Assembly: GCA_030324005.1 (NCBI GenBank)
Contig: JARDVH010000124.1
Coordinates: forward strand, 39,714,488 to 39,778,487
Length of the DNA: 64,000 bases
Direction of reading: 5' to 3'
Source of the DNA: Negaprion brevirostris
Lineage: Eukaryota
Position 1 is the stretch's first letter, and each line of letters starts with the position of its first letter. The position numbers and the translations under genes are program-made. The notes under the pieces were generated by a model, which saw nothing but the letters and a program-made list of their open reading frames with translations, was not told where the DNA came from and made no database searches. Of this stretch, positions 12,190-24,975 are shown piece by piece.

Positions 12190-12775
12190 GTTCCCATGAC
12201 ACAGGTACAGCAGAAAACATGCCTCTCATCCCAATCAGTCCAAGATGGTGTTTGTGCCTTGTTTGCACCTCTATCCACCTTTCCTCATCTAACTCTGGCA
12301 GTGGCCCTCCATTCCCTTCTCCCTGGTGTACTTGTATAAATTCATTTAAAGCACCTAACTGTTTACCTTGACTACTCACTGTGATAGTAAGTTCTGTGTT
12401 CTTAACACTCTCTGGATAAAGGAGTTTTTTTTTCTCAATTTCCTTCTTGAGTTCTTGGGAACTCGGAGGCTGTATTGATGGCCTCTAATTTTTTGTCCCC
12501 ATAAGTGGATGCACACCCTCAACATTTTTCATGATTTTGGAGACCACTACTGCTCCCACCTCTACCTTCACTTTTTATAGATAGAAGCGACTCAGCCTGA
12601 TTCAGTCCTTTTCTGGATGTGTTTCACAGTTATGATATTATCCTTGTAAATCATATTTTTTGTAATGTTTCTGGTGCCCCTATCATTTTTATAACTGGGT
12701 GACCAGAGCTGCACACAGCACTCCCAAGTGTGATCGAATCAAGGTTAGATACAAGTTTAGCTTAACTACTCTGGA
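12190..12775 (-). mobile_element. CR1 LINE 3' fragment
   Basis: Typical CR1 3' RT/UTR motifs on the - strand (ggtgaccagagctgcacacagcactcc). Confidence 0.6.
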
Positions 12776-13412
12776 TCTCCCATTTTCATGAAAATACTTA
12801 CTTTGCATTTGTTGCAATGTTTGCCTTTTGACCTGGGCTTAGGAAGAACAATGAAAATGTTAAAAGCAACAAGGTGTTGCAAACAGCAATGAGGTAATGA
12901 TATAGTTAGGTTGACTGAAGGATAAGTATTAGCTAGGGCACCAAAAAGAACCTCCCCAGTAAAACACTAGGATTAGCCCTACAGCACGTCCTATTTGCCC
13001 CTGGAATGGGACTTGAACCCAAGATGTTTTGACTCTGAAGCAAAAGTGATACCAGTGGACCATTATTGCAGCCAACAGGAAACTCCTACATTGAGTTGAT
13101 TGAGTTTTAATCCCAGAAATGGAAGTCAGTGTTTAACACGTCACTCAATTTACACACACTTTGTTTCAAATGTTCAGATAATCAAAAGATTAAATTCATG
13201 GTTCCCCAAATGTACCATACATTATTAAGGTACAAAATAGAAATGCATCTGTGTCATTTGTATGTTTTTATTGTACATGTTAATCTTTCCCATGGTGTTT
13301 TATAAGTATGCATTGACCATCCCCTGTAAAACTCTGAAGAAATTAGATCATTGTAATTTCAGTTCCATTATGGGATGCAAAATACTAATTCTAAGCTAAT
13401 TCAATTTTGTAG

Positions 13413-13565
13413 GCTGGCATTCCAGATCCTCCTCATATGTCAGAAGAATTGATTAAGCAGAAAGCAAGAGAGCGCCACTTTTTGGAACAGTTATTAGATG
13501 GGACAAAGTTGGAAAATTACAAAATTCCTGTTTCAATCAAAGCTGAACTTAGAAAATATCAGCAG
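13413..13565 (+). CDS. BTAF1: BTAF1 coding exon
   Basis: gtAG|GCT...CAG|GTGGGC; AGIPDPPHMSEELIKQKARERHFLEQLLDG...AELRKYQQ. Confidence 0.95.
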
Positions 13566-13780
13566 GTGGGCGATCTCAATAATCAAGTGATTATTCTTGT
13601 TCTTGTTGGGGATGCTTAAGGTCATATCTGTATTTCCAGAAGTAATGAAATTCCACAAACTTCAGTTTCTAAGTCTTGAACTTGTGTTATCTGATGCCAT
13701 TAATTTTGTTAGTATCATAAATTAGAAGTTATGAGCCAGAATATTTATTTGAATTTTGTATAAATGTTTTGTCTTTGAAG

Positions 13781-13902
13781 GATGGTGTAAACTGGTTGGC
13801 ATTTCTGAACAAATACAAGCTCCATGGTATATTATGTGATGATATGGGGCTGGGAAAAACTTTGCAATCTATATGCATTCTTGCAGGAGACCACTACCTC
13901 AG
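13781..13902 (+). CDS. BTAF1: BTAF1 coding exon (SNF2 helicase motif I)
   Basis: [38 protein letters not shown]; AG/GT boundaries. Confidence 0.96.
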
Positions 13903-13999
13903 GTAATATTATGGAAATCATTCACTGTGTCTTTGGTAAATTCCTGCTGTTCAGTTAATGAAAAAGTAGCCGTTTCATGACCAACCTCCCTTTCCACAG

Positions 14000-14167
14000 G
14001 GCTCAGGAAAACACACAAACTCAGGCAGAACGTTGTTCACCTCTACCTTCTTTAGTAGTATGTCCTCCAACACTAACAGGCCATTGGATAGATGAAGTAG
14101 GAAAATTCTGTTCTAAAGAAATATTGCATCCATTGCACTATACAGGGCCTCCTACTGAGAGGGCTAG
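14000..14167 (+). CDS. BTAF1: BTAF1 coding exon (motif Ia)
   Basis: PLPSLVVCPPTLTGHWIDEVGKFC...HYTGPPTER; AG/GTAAGT boundaries. Confidence 0.95.
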
Positions 14168-14390
14168 GTAAGTTTTTTTTTTCCTCAGCTATAGTAATTG
14201 TTAATCAATATAATGTTTTTGGAGTAACAAATTTGTTCTTAACACACATCTAACCACAATTTTGCAAATATTCAATTATGTGTTCCAAATTAAATGTGAA
14301 CAAAGCAAAACTTTGAGTTAGCTTTCATGCTTGCTTTACACAAGTTTGTGCTCAACTAACGGCAAGAGCTAACTTTTCTGACACATTCTC

Positions 14391-14513
14391 TGGGATTCCA
14401 CCACCCTCGCCTGTCACGGAATCAGAGCAGGCGAGAGACAGACAGTGGAAATGTCTGTTGACCTTGGGTGGGATTTTCCGATCTCGGGTTGAGTGAAGCT
14501 GTAGAATCCCACC
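14391..14513. mobile_element. Short MITE, Harbinger-like
   Basis: Imperfect TIRs TGGGATTCCAC...GTAGAATCCCA; size similar to 5638-5763 and 63802-63928. Confidence 0.55.
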
Positions 14514-14857
14514 CACTTTATCTTCCTCTTATCCACCACAATCTATGTTGAGTAGGTTTTGGTGGTTCCCTTACTCTGTATTTTTTTTCACCTTCTGATT
14601 AGCATGTGCATTTTTTAAAAATGTTGAATTATTCAGCATTGCAAGTGACAATTCTATTTAATTCACCTTCATAGATTCAATTGCCGAGACAGGCTTATGG
14701 AATCAACTCAACATAGATGAGGATTTGTGTCTTTTGTGGATTATTCAATACAATGACTGGATTCCATGTTTACCTGTTCTAAATGAACCAACATTGCATT
14801 TCAAAAAGTGCATTATACAATGTGTTAATGCGATTTGCATTGTTTCTTGGGTTTCAG

Positions 14858-14935
14858 GTTACAGCACCTTGTGAAAAAACACAATCTTGTTGTGGCATCA
14901 TATGATGTTGTTCGAAATGACATTGACTTTTTCAA
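14858..14935 (+). CDS. BTAF1: BTAF1 coding exon
   Basis: LQHLVKKHNLVVASYDVVRNDIDFF; tcAG|G...AA|GTAGGT. Confidence 0.94.
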
Positions 14936-15091
14936 GTAGGTATATACTTGCCATTACACTCAACAGCAAATGTTCTGTTTTACCTTTTAAGTCATGTGTT
15001 TGGCATATTTAACTATTCAAACTTGGATTTGTTTTGGTAGCCTATATTTATGAATTGTTAACTTGAAGCATTGATTTTCCTTTGTTATCAG

Positions 15092-15221
15092 AAATATCAA
15101 ATGGAGCTATTGCATTCTTGATGAAGGTCATGTCATCAAAAATGGCAAGACAAAACTGTCAAAGGCAGTTAAACAGTTAACAGCAAGCTACAGATTGATT
15201 CTGTCTGGAACACCAATACAG
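15092..15221 (+). CDS. BTAF1: BTAF1 coding exon (DEGH motif II, SGTP motif III)
   Basis: NIKWSYCILDEGHVIKNGKTKLSKAVKQLTASYRLILSGTPIQ. Confidence 0.96.
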
Positions 15222-15904
15222 GTACATCTTATAGTTAAAGAACTTACTTCAAGTATTGATTTTAGGGGGAAACCATCAGGTAATGTAGAATGAGAAGGAA
15301 TTCATTATCAGGTGCACTTGGTGAAAAATGCAATTGATGTACTGGCCAGGCAACATCAAATGGATGCATGTGGGGTTATGACATGTTAAATTGTGTGGAT
15401 CAAGGTAATATTTGTACCTATTTGATGTAGCCTGAAAATTGGAGCATTTTAAAAATACATTCACTTTTTCTGAAATGATTTATTTTAAGATTTTAGAGGG
15501 CCTGAAAGCCACTGAGTACCTGCAAAACAAGCATCGCTCAAGCAAATGTCAGTGAATTGCTTTTGGAAACATCAACTGTTTGAGTAATGCTTTGATCATT
15601 ATAGGAAGCTATTGAGGCTTACAGATCGCATGTAAATATCATACATCTCTTGCTAAATATATTTCTCACTGCATTAAGAGCTCTTGTTTCATTTCTTTTT
15701 GGGAAGGGATAGGCAGGAATGTTCTAGTTCTAGCTTGATGGCTACAATCCAAAGTAGTCATTTTCTCAAGAGGAGGTGGTTATTACCAGGCTGGGTATTA
15801 CATATTTTCTCTCAGTCATGCAGAAACTTTTTGTAAGACGAAGTCATTTTAAATATTTTCCAGGTCTCTTTCAAATAGATAAAGTTAAGTGAATAATCTG
15901 CTAA

Positions 15905-18890
15905 ACACAAGAAATAGTAACAAAAATAGACCATTATGATCCATTTAAATTTGTTCAGCCATTCAGTACAATCGTACTGATCTTGGGCTTTAACTTAACT
16001 TAATTTTGCCTCCCACTCCCCAAATCTCTTAATTACCTTAAAGACCAAAATCTGTCTATCCCAATCTTAAATGTATTCCATAATGGAGCATCCGTAATCC
16101 ATGGGTGTAGAGAATTCATTATTCACAGTCCTCATTGCAGTCCTAAATAATCAGCCCCTTATCTTGAGAATGTGCCCCGTGTTTTAGACTTGGTTCAAAC
16201 ATGGACAACAAGCTGAATTCCAGAGGTGAGAGTGACTGCCCTAGATATTAAGGCAGCATTTGACAGAGTAGGGCATCAGGAGCCCAGGCAAAATTGGAGT
16301 TAATAGGAGTTGGGAAAATGCTCTGGTTGGAGTAATACAGTACCTAGCACAAAGGAAGATGGTTGATGAGTACTCCTCTCAGTCCCAGGACATGTTTTGG
16401 GGGCTCCTCAGGGCAGTGTCCCAGGCCCAACCATCTTAGACAGTTTACTGAATTACTTTCCTTCCTAAGGACAGAAGTAGGAATGTTTGTTGATATTGTG
16501 AAATGTTCAACACCATTAGTAACTTGATACCAAAGAGGTCCTTAACCATATGCAGCAAGACCTGGACCATATCCAGGCTTGGCAAGTGGCAAGTCACGTT
16601 TGTAACCATCTCCAACAAGACAGAATCTAATCGTCTCTTCTTAACATTCAGTGAGGTATTACCATTGCTGAATCCCCCACTCTCAACAGCTTGAGGGTTA
16701 CCATTGACCGGAAACTTAACAGAGCTAGTCATATATACACACTGCCTACAACACCAGGTCAGAATCCTGTGGTGAGAAGCTCATTTCTTTCTCTCCAAGA
16801 CACAGGTCAAGGGTGTGTTGGAATGCTCTCTGCTTGCCTGGATGAGTGAAGCTCTAATGACACTCGAAGCTAGACACCATCTAGGACAAAGCAACCTGCT
16901 AGATTGGCACCTGTTCAAAAGTTACTCCACCACCACCCCTCCACCCCTGATGCATGATAGCAGCAGTGTGNNNNNNNNNNNNNNNNNNNNNNNNNNNNNN
17001 NNNNNNNNNNNNNNNNNNNNNNNNNNNNNNNNNNNNNNNNNNNNNNNNNNNNNNNNNNNNNNNNNNNNNNTGCATGATAGCAGCAGTGTGTACCAGCTAC
17101 AAGATGCACTGTAGGAACTCATCAAGGCTACATAGACAGCACTTGTATATATCTCTTTTGCAAACTCTCAGTCACCATCATCAAGAAGGACAAGGGCAGT
17201 AGATGCATGGGAACAACATCACTCTGTAATTCCCCTCCAAACCATGCACGATCCTGACTTGGAAATATATTGCCAGTCACTCCTTTGCTGTCACCTAGAT
17301 CAAAGTTCTGGAACTCCCTCCCGAAGAGGTCTCTGGATATACCTACACCACGTGGACTGCCCCAGTTCAAGAAAACAGCTCATCTCCACGTTCTCAAAGG
17401 CAATTCAAGATGGACAATAAACATTGGCTCAAGCAGCAATGCCCACATTCCATGAATTAATTTTAAAAGACTCCCTGACAAACAGAAACAATTTCTCAGC
17501 ATCTTGCCTATCAAATCCCTTTGGAATTTTATAGATTTTGATGCTTCCCATTCTTTCAAACTCGAGAAAATATAAGCTCAATTTACTAGGCCTCTTGTTA
17601 TAGGGCAACTCCCTCATCCCAGGGACCAATTTAGTGAAACTTAGTTGTGCCCACTCCTTTCTTAAATGTGGGTAACAAATCTCTGCACTATTCTAGATGT
17701 GATCTCACCAAAACGGTGTACATTTGTAAAATGACTTTATTTTTATACTGCAATCCTCTTGCAATAAAGGCCAACATGCCATTTGCCTTCCTAATTGCTT
17801 GCTGCACCTGTGTGTTAGTGCAGACAAGTCTCTTTGAACAGCAACACTGAGTTTCACACTGTTTAAATATTCTGCTTTTCTATTAAATATCAAAATGAAT
17901 AACTTCACACTTCTTTCCATTATGCATAATCTGCTATCTTATTTCTCACTCACCTAACCTATATGTATATCTTTCCACATCTTGTCTCTCCACATCTAAC
18001 CCCCCTCCCCCAACACCCCCACCAGCTTAACTTCCCACATACCTTGGTACAATCAGCAAACTTTGATACATGACTTTATTTGTTCTTCTAAGTCACTAAA
18101 AAGGTTTTAAATGGCCAAGGCCCCAGAACTGATTCTTACAGTAGTCCACTTTCGCAGCCTACCAACAAAAGCCCCATTTTCTGCTTTCTACCTGATGATA
18201 ACCAGTCTTCTATCCATTCTAAAATATCGTCAGCAATTCCACGAGCCCTTATCTTGCCTATTATCCTTTTGTATGGCTGTTTGTCAGAAGCCTTTTGGAA
18301 ATCCAGATGTACCACATCAACCAGATCCCCTCTATCTACCCTATTAGTTACATCCACATAATTCTAATTGATTTGTCAAACAGGATTTCCCTTTAGTAAA
18401 ATCTAAAGGATTTCCCTTTAGTAAAATCTTGATGACTTGTAATCGTGCTTTTCTGAGTACCTTGTTAAAACTTTCTAAATTATAGATTCCAGCATTTTTT
18501 TTTCCAACAACTGATGTTAGGTTAACTGGTTTGCAACCCACTTTTTCTTCCTACCTGAAAAGCAGTGTAACACTTACCAACTTCCAATCTAATAGGACTG
18601 TTGCTGAATCTAAAGAATTCAAGGAAATCATAGCCAATGCATCCACCACTACTCTTCGGGGGTGTAGGCCATTAGGTTCTGGGGATTTTTTGAATTTTAG
18701 TTCCTTAAATTTCTCCAATGCCTTTCCTCTGCCAGTGTTAATTTCTTTCATTTGTTCACTGTTTTTAGCCCCAAGGTTACCATCTATTTTTGGTATGAAA
18801 CTTGTGTCTTCTACTGTGGAGATGAGCACAAAGTATTTGTTTAATTGCTCTACCATTTCCTCATTCTACGTGATGTTGATTATTTCTCCT
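15905..18890 (-). mobile_element. CR1 LINE (- strand), interrupted by a nested + strand LINE
   Basis: - strand fragments NRVDRGDLVDVVHLDFQKASDK, KKSPEPNGLHPR, CKPVNLTSVVGK are CR1 ORF2 motifs; 3' end lies at 15905-16190. Confidence 0.85.
16191..17467 (+). mobile_element. CR1-like LINE (second family) nested in the - strand CR1
   Basis: VRVTALDIKAAFDRV, GAPQGSVPGPTI, RTEVGMFVD RT motifs; AGACT duplicated at 16186-16190 and 17468-17472. Confidence 0.8.
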
Positions 18891-18990
18891 GTTAGAGTAA
18901 TCACTAGAAGTTCAAAGTTTCTCGCTGCTATATTTTAGACCAATCCAAAGAACTTGAATTCTTGTTGGGATAAAATATCTATTACATTTC

Positions 18991-19470
18991 GGGGAGAAGA
19001 TGATGGCATCATGGTAATGTCGCTGAACTAGTATTCCAGAGTCAAAAACAGAAATTCTGGAAAAACCCAGCAGGTCTGACATCATCTGTGGAGAGAGAAG
19101 CTGCTAGACCTGCTGAGTTTCTCCAGTATTTTTCTGTTTTTGTTTCTGATTCCAGCAGTATTTTGCTTCTGTTTAGTATTCTAGGGACCCAGGCTAATGC
19201 TCTAGGGGATATGGGTTCAAGTCCCACCACAGCAGCTAGTGGAATTTAAATTAAATTAATGAAACTATTGATGATTGCCATAAAGAACCATCTGGTTCAA
19301 AAATGTCCCTTTGGGAAGGAAATTTGCCATCTTTATTCCTGGTCTGACCTAGATGTGACTACAGACCTATACCAAAAACTGTACTCTGAAATGTTCAGTT
19401 CAAGGGCAATTGGGAACAGGCAACAAATGTCGGCTATGCTGGCCAATAACATCCACGTTCCATAAAAAAA
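18991..19470 (+). mobile_element. tRNA-headed SINE (DeuSINE/SacSINE-like) with an internal insertion
   Basis: A-box-like tggcatcatggt, B-box GGTTCAAGTCCC, A-tail at ~19463; related copies at 30878-31040 and 39440-39710. Confidence 0.7.
19042..19173. mobile_element. Palindromic Penelope-like terminal fragment inserted in the SINE
   Basis: Arms AAAACAGAAATTCTGGAAAAACCCAGCAGGTCT / AGACCTGCTGAGTTTCTCCAGTATTTTTCTGTTTT; 13-nt TSD-like flanks TAGTATTCCAGAG / TAGTATTCTAGGG. Confidence 0.65.
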
Positions 19471-19611
19471 AATTTTTTTAAACCCTGCCAAATGGGATGT
19501 ATTTCTCTTATTGAATGAATTGGAATAATGTACTTGAGAAAAATTGAACTGCTCAAAATTCTATATAAACAGATGGAATATTCAATTTGAAAATCAATTT
19601 TATCACTGCAG

Positions 19612-19753
19612 AACAATGTCTTGGAGCTATGGTCATTATTTGACTTCCTGATGCCAGGATTTTTGGGTACTGAACGACAATTTGCAGCCCGTTATGGAAA
19701 GCCTATATTAGCTAGCAGAGATGCTCGAAGTTCTTCAAGGGAGCAAGAAGCAG
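19612..19753 (+). CDS. BTAF1: BTAF1 coding exon
   Basis: NNVLELWSLFDFLMPGFLGTERQFAARYGKPILASRDARSSSREQEA. Confidence 0.96.
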
Positions 19754-20169
19754 GTACAGTAAGATTTTGAATCCAATTTAATGCATAATTCATATTTGAT
19801 TGTCTCTATTTTAAGTATAGATAGAGGTTTTTGAGTATTTCATGACCTGGAATGTACTGCCTGAAAGCAGATTCGATAGAATCATTGAAAAGATAAGTAC
19901 TTGAACAATTAAGAGCTTTGAGTAAGGGCTGGGCAGTGAGATTAATTGGATAGCTCTATCAGCAGACAATAAGCTGAGCTGAATGTCTTCATCCTGTACT
20001 GTATCATTCTGTGACCATGATTTTGTTACTCATTTATCAAATTGCAATGATACGGTGCAGGATCTTAAGTAATTTCCGATATTATCTTCTAGTGGCTCAG
20101 ATATTGAGTAAAATATAGCAAGACACTGCATAATTACTTTAGATGTGGAAATTCCTTTGGCCGGTTACT

Positions 20170-21745
20170 TTCTGGATAGTTTGAGTCATGTTGAGATCAA
20201 AAAGGTGGTGTTGGGGATCTTGAGAAACATTAAGGTAGATAAGTCCCCATCGCTTGATGGGATATACCCCAAAATACAGAGAGGCAAGTGAGGAAATTGC
20301 TGGGGCCTTGAGAGAAATCTTCGCATCCTCACTAGCTACAAGTGAGGTCCCAGAGGATTGCAGAATAGCCAATGTTGTTCCTTTGTTTAGAATGGGTAGC
20401 AAGGATAATCCAGGTAATTGCAGCCAGTGAGCCTTACATTAGTGGTAGGAAATTGGAGAGAATTCTTCGAGACAAGATATATTCCCACTTGGAAATAAGT
20501 GGACGTATTAGCGAGCGGCAACATGGTGCAGAAGACGAAGTCACATGGGATCAGAAGTGAGCTGGCAACATGGACACAGAACTGCTTGGTCGTAGAAGAC
20601 AGGGTAGCAGTGGAAGGGTGTATTTCTGAAAGGGGGGCTGTGACTAGTGACATTCCTCGGGGATCAATGCTGGGACCTTTTTATTGTTTTGTAATATATA
20701 TAAATAATTTGGGAGGAAAATGTAACTGGTTTGATTAGTAAGTTTGTGGATGACACAAAGGTTGGTGAAATTGTGGATAGCAATAAAGACCGTCAAAGGA
20801 TATTGACTGGTTGAAGACTTGGGCAGAAAGATGGCAGATGGAGTTTAATCCGGGCAAGTGTGAGGTAGTGCATTTTAGAAGGTCAATACAGATTGAAACT
20901 ATACAGTAAATGGCAGAACCCTTGAGTATCGATGGGCAGAGAGATTTGGATATACAGGTACATAGGTCACTGAAAGTGGCAACACAGATGGGGAAGGTAG
21001 TCAAGAAGGCATACAACATGTCTGCCTTTAGTGGCCGAGGCATTCAGTTTAAAAATTGGCAAGTNNNNNNNNNNNNNNNNNNNNNNNNNNNNNNNNNNNN
21101 NNNNNNNNNNNNNNNNNNNNNNNNNNNNNNNNNNNNNNNNNNNNNNNNNNNNNNNNNNNNNNNNNNNNNNNNNNNNNNNNNNNNNNNNNNNNNNNNNNNN
21201 NNNNNNNNNNNNNNNNNNNNNNNNNNNNNNNNNNNNNNNNNNNNNNNNNNNNNNNNNNNNNNNNNNNNNNNNNNNNNNNNNNNNNNNNNNNNNNNNNNNN
21301 NNNNNNNNNNNNNNNNNNNNNNNNNNNNNNNNNNNNNNNNNNNNNNNNNNNNNNNNNNNNNNNNNNNNNNNNNNNNNNNNNNNNNNNNNNNNNNNNNNNN
21401 NNNNNNNNNNNNNNNNNNNNNNNNNNNNNNNNNNNNNNNNNNNNNNNNNNNNNNNNNNNNNNNNNNNNNNNNNNNNNNNNNNNNNNNNNNNNNNNNNNNN
21501 NNNNNNNNNNNNNNNNNNNNNNNNNNNNNNNNNNNNNNNNNNNNNNNNNNNNNNNNNNNNNNNNNNNNNNNNNNNNNNNNNNNNNNNNNNNNNNNNNNNN
21601 NNNNNNNNNNNNNNNNNNNNNNNNNNNNNNNNNNNNNNNNNNNNNNNNNNNNNNNNNNNNNNNNNNNNNNNNNNNNNNNNNNNNNNNNNNNNNNNNACCA
21701 AAGGGCCTGTTCCTGTGCTGTAATTTTCTTCTTTCTTTGTTCTTG
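20170..21745 (+). mobile_element. CR1 LINE spanning an assembly gap
   Basis: KVDKSPSLDGIYP, SDIPRGSMLGP, SKFVDDTKVG, WQMEFNPGKCEVVHF motifs; CR1 tail after the gap. Confidence 0.85.
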
Positions 21746-22432
21746 TAATCCTTGGAATGTTCGGTTATATGCAATCACTGGGTCAGATGTTTTTGTAAGT
21801 TTCTAGATGACACACTGAGATACTGAAGCTTTAATGAAGTAATATTAATTGTAAACTAGCAGAGTGTGCACTTAAAATACAACTTTAGTTTTAAAGCTGT
21901 AAAGCTTGTTTTTTTTATATAATTGCTCCAGAATTTTCCTCCAAATATTTATCCAATTCCCATTTGAAGGCCACAATTGAATATGTATTCAAATACCCTT
22001 TGACATTCAATGGCATTTATTTTTTAGTGTATTTTCACACCCTTACTTTTTTTTAAACTCTTTTTGGGAATATTGGGAGAAGTGGTGGGAGGATTCCCGA
22101 GCTGATCGTCATCCCATTGAACAGTGTTGAACATGCCTTCTGTGGCCAGCAGGTCCTCGTGTTGAATTTAATCCTGGAGTTTCTCATTCAGTGATAGGGA
22201 CGCTACCATTGAGCCACAAGGCCCCCTATTCAATGGCATTATCATTATTAAAGCCCCCCACTATAAACACCCTGTGGGTTGTTATTAACCAGAAACTGAA
22301 CTGGACTAGTCACATAAATACTGTGGCTAGTGGAAGTTAGAAACCTGGGATGAGTGACTCACCTGCTGAATTTCCAAAGTCTGGCCACCATCTACGGGGC
22401 ATAAGTCAGAAGTGTGATGAAATTCTGAAATG

Positions 22433-22780
22433 AAAGCAAAATATGGCGGATGCTGGAATCTGAAACAAAAATCAGAGAATGCTGGAAAAACTCAGCAGGC
22501 CTGAGAAGAGAAGACAAGAATTGAGGTTTTGAGTCCTTTGGACTCTTCAGCATTTGAAGAGAGGGAGAAGTGTTGGATATCATTCTGTATTGTATATTAT
22601 GCTGTATTAGAGTGGTGGAATTGCTGGAGCAGTGATTAGTGAGAGCTGGGAGAGATTGCAACAAAGAAGTAGCATACTTAAGAACAAGGGACAGGTAGTC
22701 CGAAGAGGGAAGGAAGGATTTTTGCAGTGAGACAAAAATGCGTGTGATATTAAGTTGGAAGAGAAAAGTCACAATCTAAG
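22433..22780. mobile_element. Penelope-like fragment with a degenerate hammerhead core
   Basis: Same terminal motif as 19042, 32485 and 52360; - strand CTGAAGAGTCCAAAGGACTCAAAAC at 22526-22550. Confidence 0.55.
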
Positions 22781-23148
22781 GTAGTCACCAACTTTAGACT
22801 GTGACCTTTCTCCTCCATTATAACTCCCTTTTAAAAACGTTTTGATAAAATTTAAATGTATCGTTCAAATAAATTGTTGAAATAAATTTTAAACATATAT
22901 AAAAATAATAGTGAGTATAAAAGTATTTTATTAGAGCTTGTCTATTAAGTATGAGTGCTTTGAGTTATAATTTTATTAATTTACCTTATTCAAAGTATTG
23001 TAGAACTTGTCTGTAATTGTGCCTCAATATTTTTGATTGAAAGGATACTAATTGATGTGCTAAAGAGTAATTTGATGTGATGAGATTTCAGTTTTCTATT
23101 AGTGCAGTAGTTAAAATTCATTGTCATTATGCAATCCACATGCCATAG

Positions 23149-23279
23149 GTGTTCTTGCAATGGAAGCATTACATCGACAAGTACTTCCATTCCTGCTACG
23201 CAGAATGAAAGAAGATGTTCTTCAGGATCTTCCACCCAAGATTATTCAAGACTATTACTGTAATCTCAGTACTTTACAG
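23149..23279 (+). CDS. BTAF1: BTAF1 coding exon
   Basis: VLAMEALHRQVLPFLLRRMKEDVLQDLPPKIIQDYYCNLSTLQ. Confidence 0.95.
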
Positions 23280-23564
23280 GTGTGTTGTCAAATCACACAT
23301 CTTGTGACAAAAGGTCCAACGAGACAGCTATTTTTCTTTTCTCATCAATTTAATTAATGATCTGAATTTCACTTTTTACTTTGTAGAAAGTTTAAGAAAT
23401 CCAAGAAAATTGTTTGGGAATCATGGCAATAAAATTGTGATTCTTTGAAATGACCATGGCAAAATGGAGAGTATTTTGTAGGACAAATGTTTAAGGGACT
23501 GATAGTACTTTATTATTCCTTGTCACTTCATGGTTGCTTTGCCACCATGTTCTTTTATTTATAG

Positions 23565-23690
23565 GTACAGCTGTATGAAGATTTTGCTAAATCACGTGCT
23601 AAGTGTGATGTTGAAGAAACAATATCTACTGGCACACTCTCAGAAGAAAATGAAAAACCTAAGTTGAAGGCGACTGGACATGTGTTTCAG
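23565..23690 (+). CDS. BTAF1: BTAF1 coding exon
   Basis: VQLYEDFAKSRAKCDVEETISTGTLSEENEKPKLKATGHVFQ. Confidence 0.95.
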
Positions 23691-24714
23691 GTAAATGATT
23701 TTCTTGATCCTCCCAAAACAGAGCTGTACCTGAGGCTAATATTAGGATGATCTAGTTCTGCAAGAGCTAAGTGTGCTACATTCAGTTTTCCATTTATTTT
23801 GGATCAATTCTAAATTATTAAAACTACTGATGGAAGTAATTGATGCTCATATGAGGTTTGTCAACACAAATGAAAGGTTTTGTCTCAAAACAAAAACATG
23901 AGTAACTTGTATTGTGTTCCCACATTGGTCCATTAATTTGCATGGTAAGGCAACAAATTTCAACATGCTGTGCTATATTTGTAAATTGGCGCTTTAATCA
24001 TTTCAATTTTATTGTTTACTTTATAGTAACAAACAGAATTTGTGGGTCTTTGTTCGTGGGGATAGTTGAATGCAATGTAAGAAATGGATCACATAGAGGA
24101 AAGCAGATTATTGAACAGGGACCAAGGAGTGGAGCAGTTTGATGAAGTGGGTTGATAGGGTGAAACATAAAGCCCAAAATGATTGGGTGAGTTTTGTTCC
24201 TTGACAAGAACATCCCCATAGAGCTGAGACCAGATGTGTTCATCTGTGTAAGATGGATCAGACAATTTTCCAGGAGCGAGGCCAAATCAGTAGTCATTTA
24301 ACAAACTTAAGTACTTCTGTTGTTTTCCTCTCTTTTTGTAAATGGGATGTAGGTACATCTCATCTGTCTTAGGCTGAATAATACTGGATGCTGAAATATT
24401 GCACAATCAACCATAAACTGTTTCTACTCCATTCGCTCTCATTAGAAACACCACCTACTTCTATCTCCATAACATTGTCTCCATTCTGGTATCTGCCCTT
24501 TGGCTGGCAATGGCTTCATTCATGTCTTGACCATCTTAGCTATTCCAGTGCTTTATCAGCTGACTCCTTATTCCCCACTGACTGTAAATATTAGCTCATT
24601 AAAATCTCTCTTGCCTCCTATTCTGCACTGTCCTTCTGACATTACCCATGTGCTCTGATTGGGCAACTGTCAGCCAATGTAGGCCAAATCAGTCAAATTT
24701 TCAATTTTTCTGCA

Positions 24715-24975
24715 CAGAGGGTAGCACTGCTGCATCACAGTGCCAGGGACCCAGGTTCAGTTCTCAGCTTGGGTCACTGTCTGTGTGGAATTGGCACGTT
24801 CTCCCCATGTCTGCATGGGTTTCCTCTGGGTACTCTGGTTTCCTCCCAGTCTGAAATTTATGCTGGTTAGGTGAATTGACCCGAACAGGCGCTGGAGTGT
24901 GGCCACTAGGGGATTTCACAGTAATTTCATTGCAATATGAATCTAAGTCTACTTGTGACTATTAAATAAACTTTG
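24715..24975 (+). mobile_element. tRNA-headed SINE (HE1/V-SINE-like)
   Basis: agcactgctgcatcacagtgccagggacccaggttc head; tail ...acttgtgactattaaataaac also seen at 26330-26430. Confidence 0.75.

Noticed and set aside
18383-18429. 22-nt tandem duplication GGATTTCCCTTTAGTAAAATCT
   Set aside because: A simple slippage duplication inside a dead CR1.
20910-21806. Long ORFs in the ORF track (also 62162-63267)
   Set aside because: They consist almost entirely of N-gap translation.
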